Notes: generated by a model from the sequence alone, not told the origin. Positions 17,933-27,921 are shown, counted from the stretch's first letter. The stretch: 41,321 bases of DNA from a virus (IMGVR_UViG_3300046051_000007:1-41321), one strand, 5' to 3'. Translations and numbers: made by a program.

Positions 17933-19123
17933 TTATGCCAGATTGTTGAGAACCTGGATTCGGTTCTCGGATTCGGTCACGAGAGTCCCGTAAGCGTCAG
18001 TCGCGAAGGACTCCTGTGGGCTATTCTTCGCCAGTGGATGCATCGTGACGTCTTGGAGCATGGCCATGTAGTTGGCCGAGGCGTCGAAGGACGTGAAGAT
18101 CCGGTTAGACGAACTGTTGGGGCTTCCGTGGCTCTCCATGACCATCGTATTGTCGACTTCTAGAGCGTTGAATCCAAAACTGAACGTGTCAGCCGGGGAT
18201 TCGTAACGCGTGAAGTCGTCGACGTCCTCTTGGAGATCCTGGAAGGTCTTGTGATCTGTCACGTGGACGATGTCCTCGCGATTAGCCCCATCCCGCCGAA
18301 GGGCTCGGATCTGGTCACGGACCTTGGAGAGAGTGACCTTTGCACCACTCTCGTCGGAGACATTACCGGACTGGGCCGTGTCAGTCAGACCATCAAACCC
18401 GTTGGAGTCGTTCCCGGAGATACCCGTCTTGCTGCCGGTGCCCTGCACGATCTGTGCCTCCTCGTACTGTCGGATCGCCCGGACCTGCTGCTCTTCAGTG
18501 AGCGCGCGAGTGCTCCGGAGCGAACTGGCCGCAAGCTGAACGAAGTCCGTCACGTCGTTCTCCCGGCCGTAGGCTTTGACGTCGTATGACAGATTGCTGT
18601 ACGTGTCGTCGTTGTTCGGCCAGTTACTCGCCGTCTCGCTAAACTGGCTTGCACTCCCGACACTGGTCAACTCGTCAACCTCGATCGTGTCCTCCTGTAC
18701 TGCCGTCCGGGGCAACATGTCAGCCAACGGGAGGTCCTCTTCGTCCTGGATGAAGACATCAGGAGTCTGGAACGTTGGGAGGCTATAGTTGGACCGCTGG
18801 AGGCTCTTGCTGACATGTTTGTCAACTGCCTCCTTTGCAGCCTGGTCGATGTCCATCCCCCGGGCGTGGAGGTCGTTGAACTCCTGAAAGACCGGCTCCC
18901 ACTTTTTGTACATGGGAGTCTTGAGGTTGACAGGTTCGCGGCCCATGAACCCCATGGGGTCCCAGTACGGGAGTTGGTCGCCGGGGAGGGCTGTCGCCTC
19001 GGCTGCCTTTTCGACCATGTCGCCAAAGCAACGTTGATGGACGCGCTGGCGTTCCCGGGCACTGCTTACATCTCCTGTACTCTTCGTGACATCAGTGTCG
19101 TACTTACGGACTACTTGAGACAT
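17933..19123 (-). CDS. Major capsid protein (HK97 fold)
   Basis: Follows the protease; PLADMLPR, FSE, VKAYG....VTDF, EEAQIVQG, GFDGL, PLAK motifs. Confidence 0.85.
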   Translation of the reverse strand: MSQVVRKYDTDVTKSTGDVSSARERQRVHQRCFGDMVEKAAEATALPGDQLPYWDPMGFMGREPVNLKTPMYKKWEPVFQEFNDLHARGMDIDQAAKEAVDKHVSKSLQRSNYSLPTFQTPDVFIQDEEDLPLADMLPRTAVQEDTIEVDELTSVGSASQFSETASNWPNNDDTYSNLSYDVKAYGRENDVTDFVQLAASSLRSTRALTEEQQVRAIRQYEEAQIVQGTGSKTGISGNDSNGFDGLTDTAQSGNVSDESGAKVTLSKVRDQIRALRRDGANREDIVHVTDHKTFQDLQEDVDDFTRYESPADTFSFGFNALEVDNTMVMESHGSPNSSSNRIFTSFDASANYMAMLQDVTMHPLAKNSPQESFATDAYGTLVTESENRIQVLNNLA

Positions 19124-20806
19124 TTAGTTTCCACCTCCGAATCCCGCTTCAATCTCCTCGGGATCCCACTCGTCGACAGTGGATCCCGAAGAGTTATTGT
19201 CAACTTCATGGAGATTCTTGCGGATGACCTCGGTCCGGTCATCGGCATCCTCCAGATCATCTCCATCGAGACCAAGTGACTTGGCCAGGGCCTTTTCGGC
19301 TTCCTCTTGGATCGTGTCAGCATCAACACCGGAGGCTTCTTCGGACTCCTCATCCTTGCCGAAGACTTCTGCCTCCAGGTCGTCGACACGGTTATCAATG
19401 GACTTGATGGTGTCCTGCGTGTCCTTCACCGTTTCTGACGTTTCTTCAACGGTCTCCATCACGTCCTTGATGGTCGGTTCGTCCTGTTCATCCTGTTCGT
19501 CGTCAGTGTCAGATTCAGTGTCACTCATTTCTGTTTCTTCCTTGTCATTATCCACGTCTTTTTCCCCATCCATACCCTCATCGGCCATGTCCTCTTCATG
19601 CATACCGTCCTCTTCGGACTCTTCTTCTGGTCTGACCGGGATTTCGACATCTCCAATCTCAACCACGTCGTCGAGATCCTCAACTGCGCGGCCTTCCATG
19701 CCCCAGTCAAGGAGTTCTTCAAGGTCGGAGTCGACGACCGTGCCGCCGTGGTCGTCAAAGTACCCACGCATGATTTCAGCCAACTGTACCATCTTCTCGT
19801 CGGGGAGATTTTTCACCTCGGCTTCGTTATCTTGTTCTGTCATGGATTGCTGTTGTGCATCCGGCACATCCTCATCGGGTACACAATTGGGCACCTCGTT
19901 GCCGTTTTCGACCTTCGTGCCAACCATTGTGTAGCCCTCCCAACAGGGTCCCTCAAAGTCTTGCTTTGCAACGTTTTGCAAGACCTCTTGTCGGATGCCT
20001 TCTGGATCCGTGTCAAAATTGTAGTCAATTCCCTTCCCAATGACTGCTGACACATCCATGGGTTCGGCTTCTCCATAGATGCTAAATCCAGTCAACTCCC
20101 CCTGTTTGATTCGGTCCCAGGGTTCATCACTGAACTGGACGCCGAGCATCCACGTCCCGGGAGGGTACTGACGTGATTCCTCGCCGTTCGGAAGCTCAAA
20201 CTCGGTGTCTTCTTTCAGCGTCCATGACTCAATTGGCTTGCCTTTGCCCTCCATCAGGTCATGGTCGGAGTCGATCTGTCGGTAGTCCTTCAAAAACGTG
20301 TGGGCAGCATCCTCAATCTCGGCCGGTGGGATGACATCGCCCTGCTTGTCTGCCTCGTTGGGGATGAGGACCGGAGCCCATGCCTTTTGTTCTTCAGGAC
20401 CATCACCATGCTCATCTGCATTGATATCGGCATCAACATCGGCATCCTTGGCAACGACCAGGGGGCTGTTAACCCCCCAATCCACATCATGGTCTGTATC
20501 CTTGGCATACAGCCACTGGCTATCCTGTGCCGGAGTTTCGACAGTGGAGACGAACGAAACCTCAAGATCGGTGAGGACCGTGTCCGTCTCCGGATCGTCT
20601 AGACTGCGCACAAACTCGATTAGTGACTTGTCACCATCTGGATCAAAGTCAGACACCACCTTGCGGTTCTCCTCTAGCCAGCCACACAATGCCTGGGGGT
20701 CGTCTACCGATGCATCATCGTCGAATTCTTGGACGCAGTCATCGAAGTCGTCGAACCCTGCGAAGGGCTTCCCAACAGGTCCGGCATCTCCGTCCATTTC
20801 AGTCAT
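19124..20806 (-). CDS. Prohead protease (XkdF-like) fused to an acidic scaffold
   Basis: VLIPNEADKQGD, IEDAAHTF, IDSDH, IESW, GTWMLG, WDRIKQGELTGFSIYG; acidic coiled-coil C-terminus. Confidence 0.85.
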   Translation of the reverse strand: MTEMDGDAGPVGKPFAGFDDFDDCVQEFDDDASVDDPQALCGWLEENRKVVSDFDPDGDKSLIEFVRSLDDPETDTVLTDLEVSFVSTVETPAQDSQWLYAKDTDHDVDWGVNSPLVVAKDADVDADINADEHGDGPEEQKAWAPVLIPNEADKQGDVIPPAEIEDAAHTFLKDYRQIDSDHDLMEGKGKPIESWTLKEDTEFELPNGEESRQYPPGTWMLGVQFSDEPWDRIKQGELTGFSIYGEAEPMDVSAVIGKGIDYNFDTDPEGIRQEVLQNVAKQDFEGPCWEGYTMVGTKVENGNEVPNCVPDEDVPDAQQQSMTEQDNEAEVKNLPDEKMVQLAEIMRGYFDDHGGTVVDSDLEELLDWGMEGRAVEDLDDVVEIGDVEIPVRPEEESEEDGMHEEDMADEGMDGEKDVDNDKEETEMSDTESDTDDEQDEQDEPTIKDVMETVEETSETVKDTQDTIKSIDNRVDDLEAEVFGKDEESEEASGVDADTIQEEAEKALAKSLGLDGDDLEDADDRTEVIRKNLHEVDNNSSGSTVDEWDPEEIEAGFGGGN

Positions 20807-20890
20807 ACCTAATCATGCTAAGCATAAATATGTAATTTTCTGTAAGTGACCCTCACCGTGTTACTGGTTACACTTACGGTTACACTTGTG
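20807..20890 (-). promoter_or_regulatory. Putative late promoter with tandem AAGTGTAACC repeats
   Basis: AT-rich GAAAATTACATATTTATG upstream of the ATG; GGTTACACTT twice at 20866..20887. Confidence 0.5.
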
Positions 20891-21022
20891 TCACGCGCCG
20901 AATCTATCCTGGAGCATCTCCGTGGCCCCGTCTGACCACTCCGTGGGGGTCGTGAGGAGCGCCAGTAAAAACGCCCACATGGGGACTTCCTGGCCACTTA
21001 GCCATGCAAAACCCTCAATCAT
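20891..21022 (-). CDS. Small membrane peptide
   Basis: MIEGFAWLSGQEVPMWAFLLALLT; overlaps upstream stop. Confidence 0.45.
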   Translation of the reverse strand: MIEGFAWLSGQEVPMWAFLLALLTTPTEWSDGATEMLQDRFGA

Positions 21023-21278
21023 CGATCTGCTCCAACCAATTGTAGATTGTCGGCCTGGACACCTCGCTTTCAATTGCGTTATTTCGGAGGGTTTGGTTAA
21101 TTTCTCTCATCATTTCACTCTTGTTATCATTGTGCTTGTCGCGGAGTTCTGACAGGACTTCCGTGAGGGCCTTGCCATAACACCGCTCAAGTTGGCGCTG
21201 GCGCTCCGTCCGATTGGCATCTTCTGACAGTTCTTTGATGATCTGTGCATAACTCTGGTCGCTATTCTGGCTGTGCAT
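21015..21278 (-). CDS. HTH protein
   Basis: NKSEMMREI...VSRPTIYNWL; start uncertain. Confidence 0.65.
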   Translation of the reverse strand: MHSQNSDQSYAQIIKELSEDANRTERQRQLERCYGKALTEVLSELRDKHNDNKSEMMREINQTLRNNAIESEVSRPTIYNWLEQIDD

Positions 21279-21285
21279 GGATAGG

Positions 21286-21591
21286 TCACGAAGCGGAGAT
21301 GTAGACATCGGCTGTGTCACTTCCCGTACCATTACCTCCAGTGTTCCGTACCCTCACCCAGGCCTCGGGACGGGTGGACGTGGAGTCATAATCTGCCGTC
21401 CCGCTAAATGTCTCCACATCTTGCATCCAACTACCTTCATCGGCGTCACGCACATCCACGGAGTAGGGTTCTGATGCATCACCGCGGATGTGCAGACCGA
21501 AGTCGCTATAATCGCTGATTTCGAGGATGATGCTATTCCCACTACTCGTGATATCCAAGTCTGTCTTTCTACGCTCTTTGGGGTTTGTCAT
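21286..21591 (-). CDS. Hypothetical beta-rich protein
   Basis: Acidic ORF with WVRVR strand; possibly a virion protein. Confidence 0.6.
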   Translation of the reverse strand: MTNPKERRKTDLDITSSGNSIILEISDYSDFGLHIRGDASEPYSVDVRDADEGSWMQDVETFSGTADYDSTSTRPEAWVRVRNTGGNGTGSDTADVYISAS

Positions 21592-21671
21592 GTTTGTTCT
21601 GATGGGGTTTTGTTGATACTCTTGCAATGCTACCGATGCTTTAGGTTTGATCTGTAGTGGTCACATTGGTG

Positions 21672-23057
21672 TCAGTACCCCTCGTTTACTGTCAGTTTGA
21701 ATGGTTGTGCATCGGTATTGTTGCGTCCCACTGCCTTGACAGCAGTCACAACTCCCGTCGCCTCGATGGGGAGTCTGGCACTCGCACGCCCTTGGACAGA
21801 TGTAGGTGTCCGTTTGTTGCCATCAATGTAGATGACAGACCGTACGACAGCATCACTCGATGGGGTATAGTCTGTCGCCTCGGAGTCGCCCTGGAGCCTG
21901 GATTCGTCAGTGCCCGGGCGTGATGTTGGTTGACTGAAATTCTCGCCTGTGAGTGCCGAACCGGGATTGAATTCGTCCCAGATGTACAACATGATCGCCC
22001 GGCTAGAGTTGGCATAGATATCCTGGAGTCCGACCGAAATCGAAGCCCGTGAATTTAACTCCCCTTCATCCCGTCGGAATGCGACCAAGGGCTTGCCAGG
22101 CTCGGCATTGGGATCGTATGAATTGTTGGTGATCGCCCCCTCAACATCGATATAGGAGTTTGTCGTCCGGCGAGTGAAGGCAGTCTCCCGGACGTTTTTC
22201 GGGTTTTCACGTCGGTATCCGTGTGTCGCAAACTGCATCCCGCCGACTTGACAGTTCAGCGCCTCGGCAGTGCCCTTGTTCTCGACGACGACTGTTGGTG
22301 ACAGATTCGGTTGCTCGACGACATTGTTGTTTGCATCGGGGGAGAACCGATGCACTGGCACGACCTGCTCACTGTCAGATGGCATGACAGCCAAGATGGC
22401 AGTCCCCTGACCATACCAAGTATAAAAGATATGATAGACATATCCATCCTGTGGCGTCAGTTGGTGCCCGCTTGGGTTATCCCGGTCATTAGAGCCATCA
22501 AGCGTATCAATGTTCCAATTTGCCTGTTTTACTAATGCCACATTACTGTCACCAGACCTGAGTTGGAAATGTGTTGCATCGGATTCGTAGGAGATGCCCA
22601 TCGAGTTCATCCCGCGGTCATTGCTATCCGACCATTCTGCAACGGTGATGGATATCTCCCCATGCGTCAGGGAGACAGTCCCATCGGCAGCGAATTGTAA
22701 GTGTTCGGTGGGGATCGAAGCGCCAATCCCAGGCTCTGCAAGGGCATGGGGCACATATTGCCCCGGGTATGCACTTCTCAATCGGGCACTGTCATTGCTG
22801 GTTGCAGTGGTCTCCAACTCTATCTTGCCTTCACTCTCGGAGAAGAACGTGTCATCAAACAGTGTGTTATTTGAGTACCAGCCATAGCGTTCTTTTGTCA
22901 GTCCAAATGAGGGGTCAATGGCGAATTGGATATCCAGGTCTGCCGTCTTTTGCGCCCCCCATGGAGTCTTGCTAATCTCCCCTTCTTTTGTGTCAAGGGC
23001 ATTGACTATGGACTCCGGGGCAACACGGGACGCTCCCTCTTGTGTCGTCTCCCTCAT
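21672..23057 (-). CDS. Large hypothetical beta-rich protein in the head module
   Basis: 461-aa ORF coupled to upstream gene; WNIDTLDG, YTWYGQG motifs. Confidence 0.7.
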   Translation of the reverse strand: MRETTQEGASRVAPESIVNALDTKEGEISKTPWGAQKTADLDIQFAIDPSFGLTKERYGWYSNNTLFDDTFFSESEGKIELETTATSNDSARLRSAYPGQYVPHALAEPGIGASIPTEHLQFAADGTVSLTHGEISITVAEWSDSNDRGMNSMGISYESDATHFQLRSGDSNVALVKQANWNIDTLDGSNDRDNPSGHQLTPQDGYVYHIFYTWYGQGTAILAVMPSDSEQVVPVHRFSPDANNNVVEQPNLSPTVVVENKGTAEALNCQVGGMQFATHGYRRENPKNVRETAFTRRTTNSYIDVEGAITNNSYDPNAEPGKPLVAFRRDEGELNSRASISVGLQDIYANSSRAIMLYIWDEFNPGSALTGENFSQPTSRPGTDESRLQGDSEATDYTPSSDAVVRSVIYIDGNKRTPTSVQGRASARLPIEATGVVTAVKAVGRNNTDAQPFKLTVNEGY

Positions 23058-23398
23058 GGCAACCCCACACAGATCAATGCAGACCGGTAGGTCTGGGCAG
23101 CCTCCCCGCTTGTGTTTGTGATTTCTACTTGCATTGACTCAGGCCAGGCCAGCCAACTCCACGATCGTGTAGTAACATCAGCCCATTCCTCGACGAATCG
23201 GTAGGAATATGTCGCGCTGGCAGTCGGTGGGGCAACACGCATTATGATGTCATATTCTGATGGCTCGGTATCTTGATCGCCATCATCCACCATCAGCATG
23301 ACATGCTCGGCCTGATCATCTCCGGTGTCGACACTTACTGTCTGTGACTTGCCATCATCGAGCGTGTCGGTTTGGATATCCTTGTCGAGGACTCTCAT
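23054..23398 (-). CDS. Hypothetical beta-rich protein
   Basis: ATGA-coupled to the portal gene. Confidence 0.65.
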   Translation of the reverse strand: MRVLDKDIQTDTLDDGKSQTVSVDTGDDQAEHVMLMVDDGDQDTEPSEYDIIMRVAPPTASATYSYRFVEEWADVTTRSWSWLAWPESMQVEITNTSGEAAQTYRSALICVGLP

Positions 23399-26115
23399 TC
23401 CAGATAGCCCTCTTCCTCCAATCGTTGGGCTGCATTATCAACCCACTGTTTGCCGGGGTCCCCGCCCCAGAGTAACCAGCTAAAGTATCCATTGTCCCGC
23501 CATGGAGTGCCCTCGTGCTCTTCTGCAATCTCTCTGTTATCTACATGACGGGCGAAGAAGTTGCGTATCTCTAATATGTATGGCGTTCCATCACTGTTCT
23601 CCCCTATTAGCGGTTCGTCATTCTCCGCATGGTCGATGATCTGTCGGGCACGGGCAAGGCCCTCTTGTGTGCCCCCGCTGGCTTCATCTCGGCCGTGCTC
23701 ATCGATCCAATCCAATGCTTGCTGTGCTTGCTCTGCTGCCCCGTCGGGCGGCACGAAAACACTCTCTGCTATGTCGTCAAAGACTGCCTCGGGGAGGGCC
23801 TTGGATACGGAGAGTTCAAGCCCGAGGCTTTGGTCTGGTGCCCGGACAAATGTATGTCGTTCATTCGGATGGCCGACAAACTCCCGGTATTCCAACCCCG
23901 GGTAATATTGGTTTGACAGTTCTTCATGCTCCCGTTTGAGTGCAGGCATCTCCAGTGGCGTCCCGCCTTCCTGTGGATTTGTTGCTTCCTTTAGTTCTTC
24001 ACATAGATCAGTTGTTCTGGAGTCGTCGGGGCCTTGCCAGTAAAACTTCGGGTTTGTGTCAGTTGATGCCAAGTCTTCATACCCCTCTTCCCGGGCTTGG
24101 TTCATCACTGACGCGCTCTCTGTCCTGGCGACCGTCTCAAGTTGCTCTTCGTCAACCCCTGGGAATGCATCCTTGAGATTACCTGTCAACTCACGGAGGT
24201 TCCAGCCATCATCTGCAGTGAGTGTGTCCTCGAAGATACCCTCAATCTTGTCTTGTGTTGTGGCAGGTAGTGACTCAAACGTGTCAAAAATGGCCCCAGT
24301 GTCAATGACTTCACTGATCTTCTCACGGACATATTCGGGGACGTCCGCGGCATCATCCCAGACACGCTTCTCGATATCATCCAGGCTCTTGGGCTGGATT
24401 TGTGACTTGTGGGCTTCCAGCAAGTGCTTGTCCAACGTTTCGACTTGTTGCTTGGTCAACCTGTCTGATTTTTGGCCACGGTCGCGCTCGTCGCCATCCC
24501 GGACCTCCAGGTTGATCCCGTCATACTGTTCCAGCAACCCTTCAACCATGGTCTCGTTGATGCCATGGATGAGCATAGCCTCTTGCGGGCTTATCAAGTC
24601 ATCCCCGCCAGGGTATTCATCACCAGGTTGTTCGTGTTCGATCAAACCCCCCAGATCATCGAGTTGTTCGAGGAACGACCGCCACTGTTGCATCCCCCCC
24701 GGATCGTCTGCAACGGGGGGGGAGTCCATGGGTGTGGTGACTGCGACCTCTTTCTCTATTTCTGATTTGTCTACACTGGCAAACAACCCACCACCGGCAC
24801 CACTATCCTCGGGGGCATCCACGTCCCCGTCCTCAATCTCTATCATGCCGTCATGGTACCGGACCGGACGGCCGAGATTGTCCCACTGCTCTGCTGCATC
24901 GGCCAGTGACTTCTGGTACTCCGCATGCCGTTTCTTCTCTCCGATGCTTTGATGGTCCTCAAAAGAGAACTTTAACTCATCGCTAAAGTCGGGCCAGATC
25001 AGTTGCCGGTTGATAGCCTCCTCGATCTGTCGGAGGAGCACCTTAAAACCACGCTGCTTGTATGCCTGGGTTTGGCTCTCATTTTGTGCACGGTTGCCCT
25101 CCTGAAAGTCAAACCCAGCGTAGGGGGCATTGACCTTGAATACACTTCCGAGTGACTGGATCCAAAGCTTGTTTCGCTCGATGAATTGCAGTTTTTGATA
25201 CCCTGGGTCCAACGGAGTATACTCCCAGTCTCCATGCGTGACGATCTGGCGGTGCCTCTCGCCCTCTTTTAATCTCCACTGGTCTTTGACCTCTTCGTGC
25301 GCGTCGGAGGCTTGTGCTGGTGCGTCTCCGTGTTTGACGGATACAATCCCAGGTGGGGACCCCTCGGCCAGGTCATTAATCTCCTTTTGCCCCAACTCTT
25401 CGAGGACTTCCACAACTTCGGCAGCTTTCTCAACCGGACCATGGCCGTAAACGTGATCCGTCCGGTATGACCACTCCGTCCAGACGACATCGTCGAGATC
25501 AAACTCTTGGACAGACTGCCGGGTATTGGAGGCCTGGAGATACCGTTCGGTAAAGCCGTGTTTGTCAACTGCCTTGTACATCCGCGCAGTGTCCACGGGG
25601 ACTGCCTCTTCCAACTGGCCCGAATTGGTATAGTGCTTGACTAATGCGCCGTCACCAAGCTGGAGTACGCTACGGGATAGTTGCTCTAATAGGTCCCGGG
25701 TTGACAGTGTGGGATGGAGTTGCTGCATCTCGCGCTCCACATCTGCAAGCCGGTCTTCCGGGATGTCTGCACTCTCATCCCGTGGCTGGATGCTCCACGG
25801 AGCCGAGGCAACGTCTTGCGATAGCGTGTCGACATATGCTTGCACTACCCAGTTGTTAGCGAGACCTTTCAAATATTCGACATCGTAGGGTTTGGACACG
25901 CCTTGTTTGGACCGGACTGCATCCCGTAGCTCTGGGGAGAGTGATGTCCGGCGGTCTACATCCCTGTCTTGCTTTTGCTCGCGTCTGAGTTGCCGTCTCC
26001 GATCCCTGAGCCGGCTCTTGTGCACCGTTTGGTCCTGTGCAGCACCGGGGGTATGGCCCTGTGCAAACTCGTTGCTATCGCTGCCAAACCAGTCTCGCGG
26101 ATCTAAAGATACCAT
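23395..26115 (-). CDS. Portal protein fused to MuF (gp7-like) domain and an extra C-terminal domain
   Basis: Portal motifs (VLQLGDG, VYGHGPVE, PPGIV, LLRQIEEAINRQLI); MuF motifs (ETVARTES, W.GPDDSRTTDLC, HPNERH). Confidence 0.85.
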   Translation of the reverse strand: MVSLDPRDWFGSDSNEFAQGHTPGAAQDQTVHKSRLRDRRRQLRREQKQDRDVDRRTSLSPELRDAVRSKQGVSKPYDVEYLKGLANNWVVQAYVDTLSQDVASAPWSIQPRDESADIPEDRLADVEREMQQLHPTLSTRDLLEQLSRSVLQLGDGALVKHYTNSGQLEEAVPVDTARMYKAVDKHGFTERYLQASNTRQSVQEFDLDDVVWTEWSYRTDHVYGHGPVEKAAEVVEVLEELGQKEINDLAEGSPPGIVSVKHGDAPAQASDAHEEVKDQWRLKEGERHRQIVTHGDWEYTPLDPGYQKLQFIERNKLWIQSLGSVFKVNAPYAGFDFQEGNRAQNESQTQAYKQRGFKVLLRQIEEAINRQLIWPDFSDELKFSFEDHQSIGEKKRHAEYQKSLADAAEQWDNLGRPVRYHDGMIEIEDGDVDAPEDSGAGGGLFASVDKSEIEKEVAVTTPMDSPPVADDPGGMQQWRSFLEQLDDLGGLIEHEQPGDEYPGGDDLISPQEAMLIHGINETMVEGLLEQYDGINLEVRDGDERDRGQKSDRLTKQQVETLDKHLLEAHKSQIQPKSLDDIEKRVWDDAADVPEYVREKISEVIDTGAIFDTFESLPATTQDKIEGIFEDTLTADDGWNLRELTGNLKDAFPGVDEEQLETVARTESASVMNQAREEGYEDLASTDTNPKFYWQGPDDSRTTDLCEELKEATNPQEGGTPLEMPALKREHEELSNQYYPGLEYREFVGHPNERHTFVRAPDQSLGLELSVSKALPEAVFDDIAESVFVPPDGAAEQAQQALDWIDEHGRDEASGGTQEGLARARQIIDHAENDEPLIGENSDGTPYILEIRNFFARHVDNREIAEEHEGTPWRDNGYFSWLLWGGDPGKQWVDNAAQRLEEEGYLE

Positions 26116-26134
26116 TAGTAATTATGATTATAAG

Positions 26135-27358
26135 TTATGCTTTGTGGACCGCTGGAGACCCAAACACCACAGCACTGTTGGCAGAGTTGGCCAGGGCCAG
26201 GGCATCGACGCAGTCGTCATGGAACCCCTCAGGTGCGCGATACCTGACGTTGCCGGCCCTTGTAACGTCGTATTCAAAGATCTGCAATTCATGTCTGAGT
26301 TGTTGTGTGTCTTCAACATCGGGGGCTGACAATTCCCCGTTTTCGATTGTAGTGACAAGGTTTTCGATCAACTGCCGTTTTTTCTTCGGTGAGAACGTCA
26401 CTGGATTGATACTGATTCCCGCACCCTCCAAGTCCGACACAATCTTGTTATCCCGGCTTGCATCAACTGTCACTGTGCCGGGGTATTTGGCCTCGGTGTT
26501 TTCAATCAATCGCTGGATATGCGGCCAGGCATCTCCCTGGGAGCGTTCGATATTGACAAGTTGCCCATCTGCATCGAGTGTGATCCCGACGAGATAGTCC
26601 TGATGTCTGGCGAAGTCCCAACCATGGGCGTATGGCCCCGAGTGGCGGTTATCGGATGGATAGTCATTCAGTGTAAATAGGTTCTCTTCCAACCCTTCAA
26701 ATACCCCTCCGGATTCATCCTTGAACTCTGCCAAGTATTCCTGCTCCCAGACACGTTGTGGTTGTTCGTCCTGGGCTGCGTCAACCTCCGAGTCGGGGAT
26801 GTGAGGGTTCTGATATGTCGGGCTCCGCCAAGAATTGACTTTTGGATGATCATTGGATTGCCCGCGTTCGAACCAGCGATAGAACCAACCCCTGCCCTTG
26901 GGCGTGGAGATCGCAATCATGTCACCGAGTGTATCTGACAGTGTGGGGCGAAGCTCCGCGCTCCAGGCACGTTCGGGGACCATCGCCGCCTCGTCGATGA
27001 TCAGTAGTTCGAGACCTTCACCTCGTAGGGAGTCCTCTCGGTCTGCTGACCGGAAGGAGATGCGCGATCCATTTACCAGGTCGATCGCCTTGGGCTTGGT
27101 TCGCTTCTGGTCTGCTATGACTACCTCGGGGAGGGCTTGTTCAACTGCCTTGAACCCAATATCAGCAATATCATAGGTCGGGGCAACCCACCAGACAAGC
27201 GTGTCAGGACCGCCTAATGCCCGGGCACACTCATGGGCACACATCTCCGTCTTGCCCCAGCGCCGCCCACAGGCAACGACGCGGAATCTGGAATCGTCAC
27301 CGAGGACTTGATCCTGGCCGGGGTGTGGTGTCCACTGCGACTTGATTGTGACACTCAT
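26135..27358 (-). CDS. terL: Terminase large subunit
   Basis: Walker A CGRRWGKT, WWVAPTY, Walker B LLIIDEAA, ISTPKG, GWDFA, HDDCVDALALA. Confidence 0.95.
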   Translation of the reverse strand: MSVTIKSQWTPHPGQDQVLGDDSRFRVVACGRRWGKTEMCAHECARALGGPDTLVWWVAPTYDIADIGFKAVEQALPEVVIADQKRTKPKAIDLVNGSRISFRSADREDSLRGEGLELLIIDEAAMVPERAWSAELRPTLSDTLGDMIAISTPKGRGWFYRWFERGQSNDHPKVNSWRSPTYQNPHIPDSEVDAAQDEQPQRVWEQEYLAEFKDESGGVFEGLEENLFTLNDYPSDNRHSGPYAHGWDFARHQDYLVGITLDADGQLVNIERSQGDAWPHIQRLIENTEAKYPGTVTVDASRDNKIVSDLEGAGISINPVTFSPKKKRQLIENLVTTIENGELSAPDVEDTQQLRHELQIFEYDVTRAGNVRYRAPEGFHDDCVDALALANSANSAVVFGSPAVHKA

Positions 27359-27816
27359 TCATTGTCGTCCTCTTCAAATTCAAAACTAAACCCATCCTCC
27401 AACTTGTGCGTCACGTCACCCTCCACGTCAGCATCAATCTCGCGTTTTTCAGTCTTCATATAACCAAACGAACGTTCGAGAAGGAACTGTGAACCTGACT
27501 CATTGACACTCTGAAGGTGTTGTAATTCGCCATGTGCCCGCGCTCGTTTGAGTGACTTACGGAATGGGTCATTTTTGTCTAGATATCTGTACAGTGTAGG
27601 CTCGGAAACACCAGCCAGGCGTGCACACCCCTCCATTGTCATCCCTTGGCGTGCCCCGGCAAGGATGTCATCCTCGTACTCGGCGATTTCCGACGGACGG
27701 CCCACTGTCTCCTTTTCGTCAGTATGGATGCCACATTTGCCGTCATCGTACTTGGCAGCATATTGACATGGCTCTCCGTCGCTATCCTGGATCTGGTTAC
27801 ATACTTCCTCAGACAT
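27355..27816 (-). CDS. terS: Terminase small subunit
   Basis: GRPS + HTH (CARLAGVSEPTLYRY) + FLLERSFG, directly upstream of terL. Confidence 0.8.
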   Translation of the reverse strand: MSEEVCNQIQDSDGEPCQYAAKYDDGKCGIHTDEKETVGRPSEIAEYEDDILAGARQGMTMEGCARLAGVSEPTLYRYLDKNDPFRKSLKRARAHGELQHLQSVNESGSQFLLERSFGYMKTEKREIDADVEGDVTHKLEDGFSFEFEEDDNE

Positions 27817-27921
27817 AGTTATTCATCTTGATTTGCGGTTACATTATGTTAGTTTGACTTCTGTGCCCAGTCCTCAACTATGCCCACCAATGGTTGGATG
27901 GGTGTAGATATCCTCTGTCAT

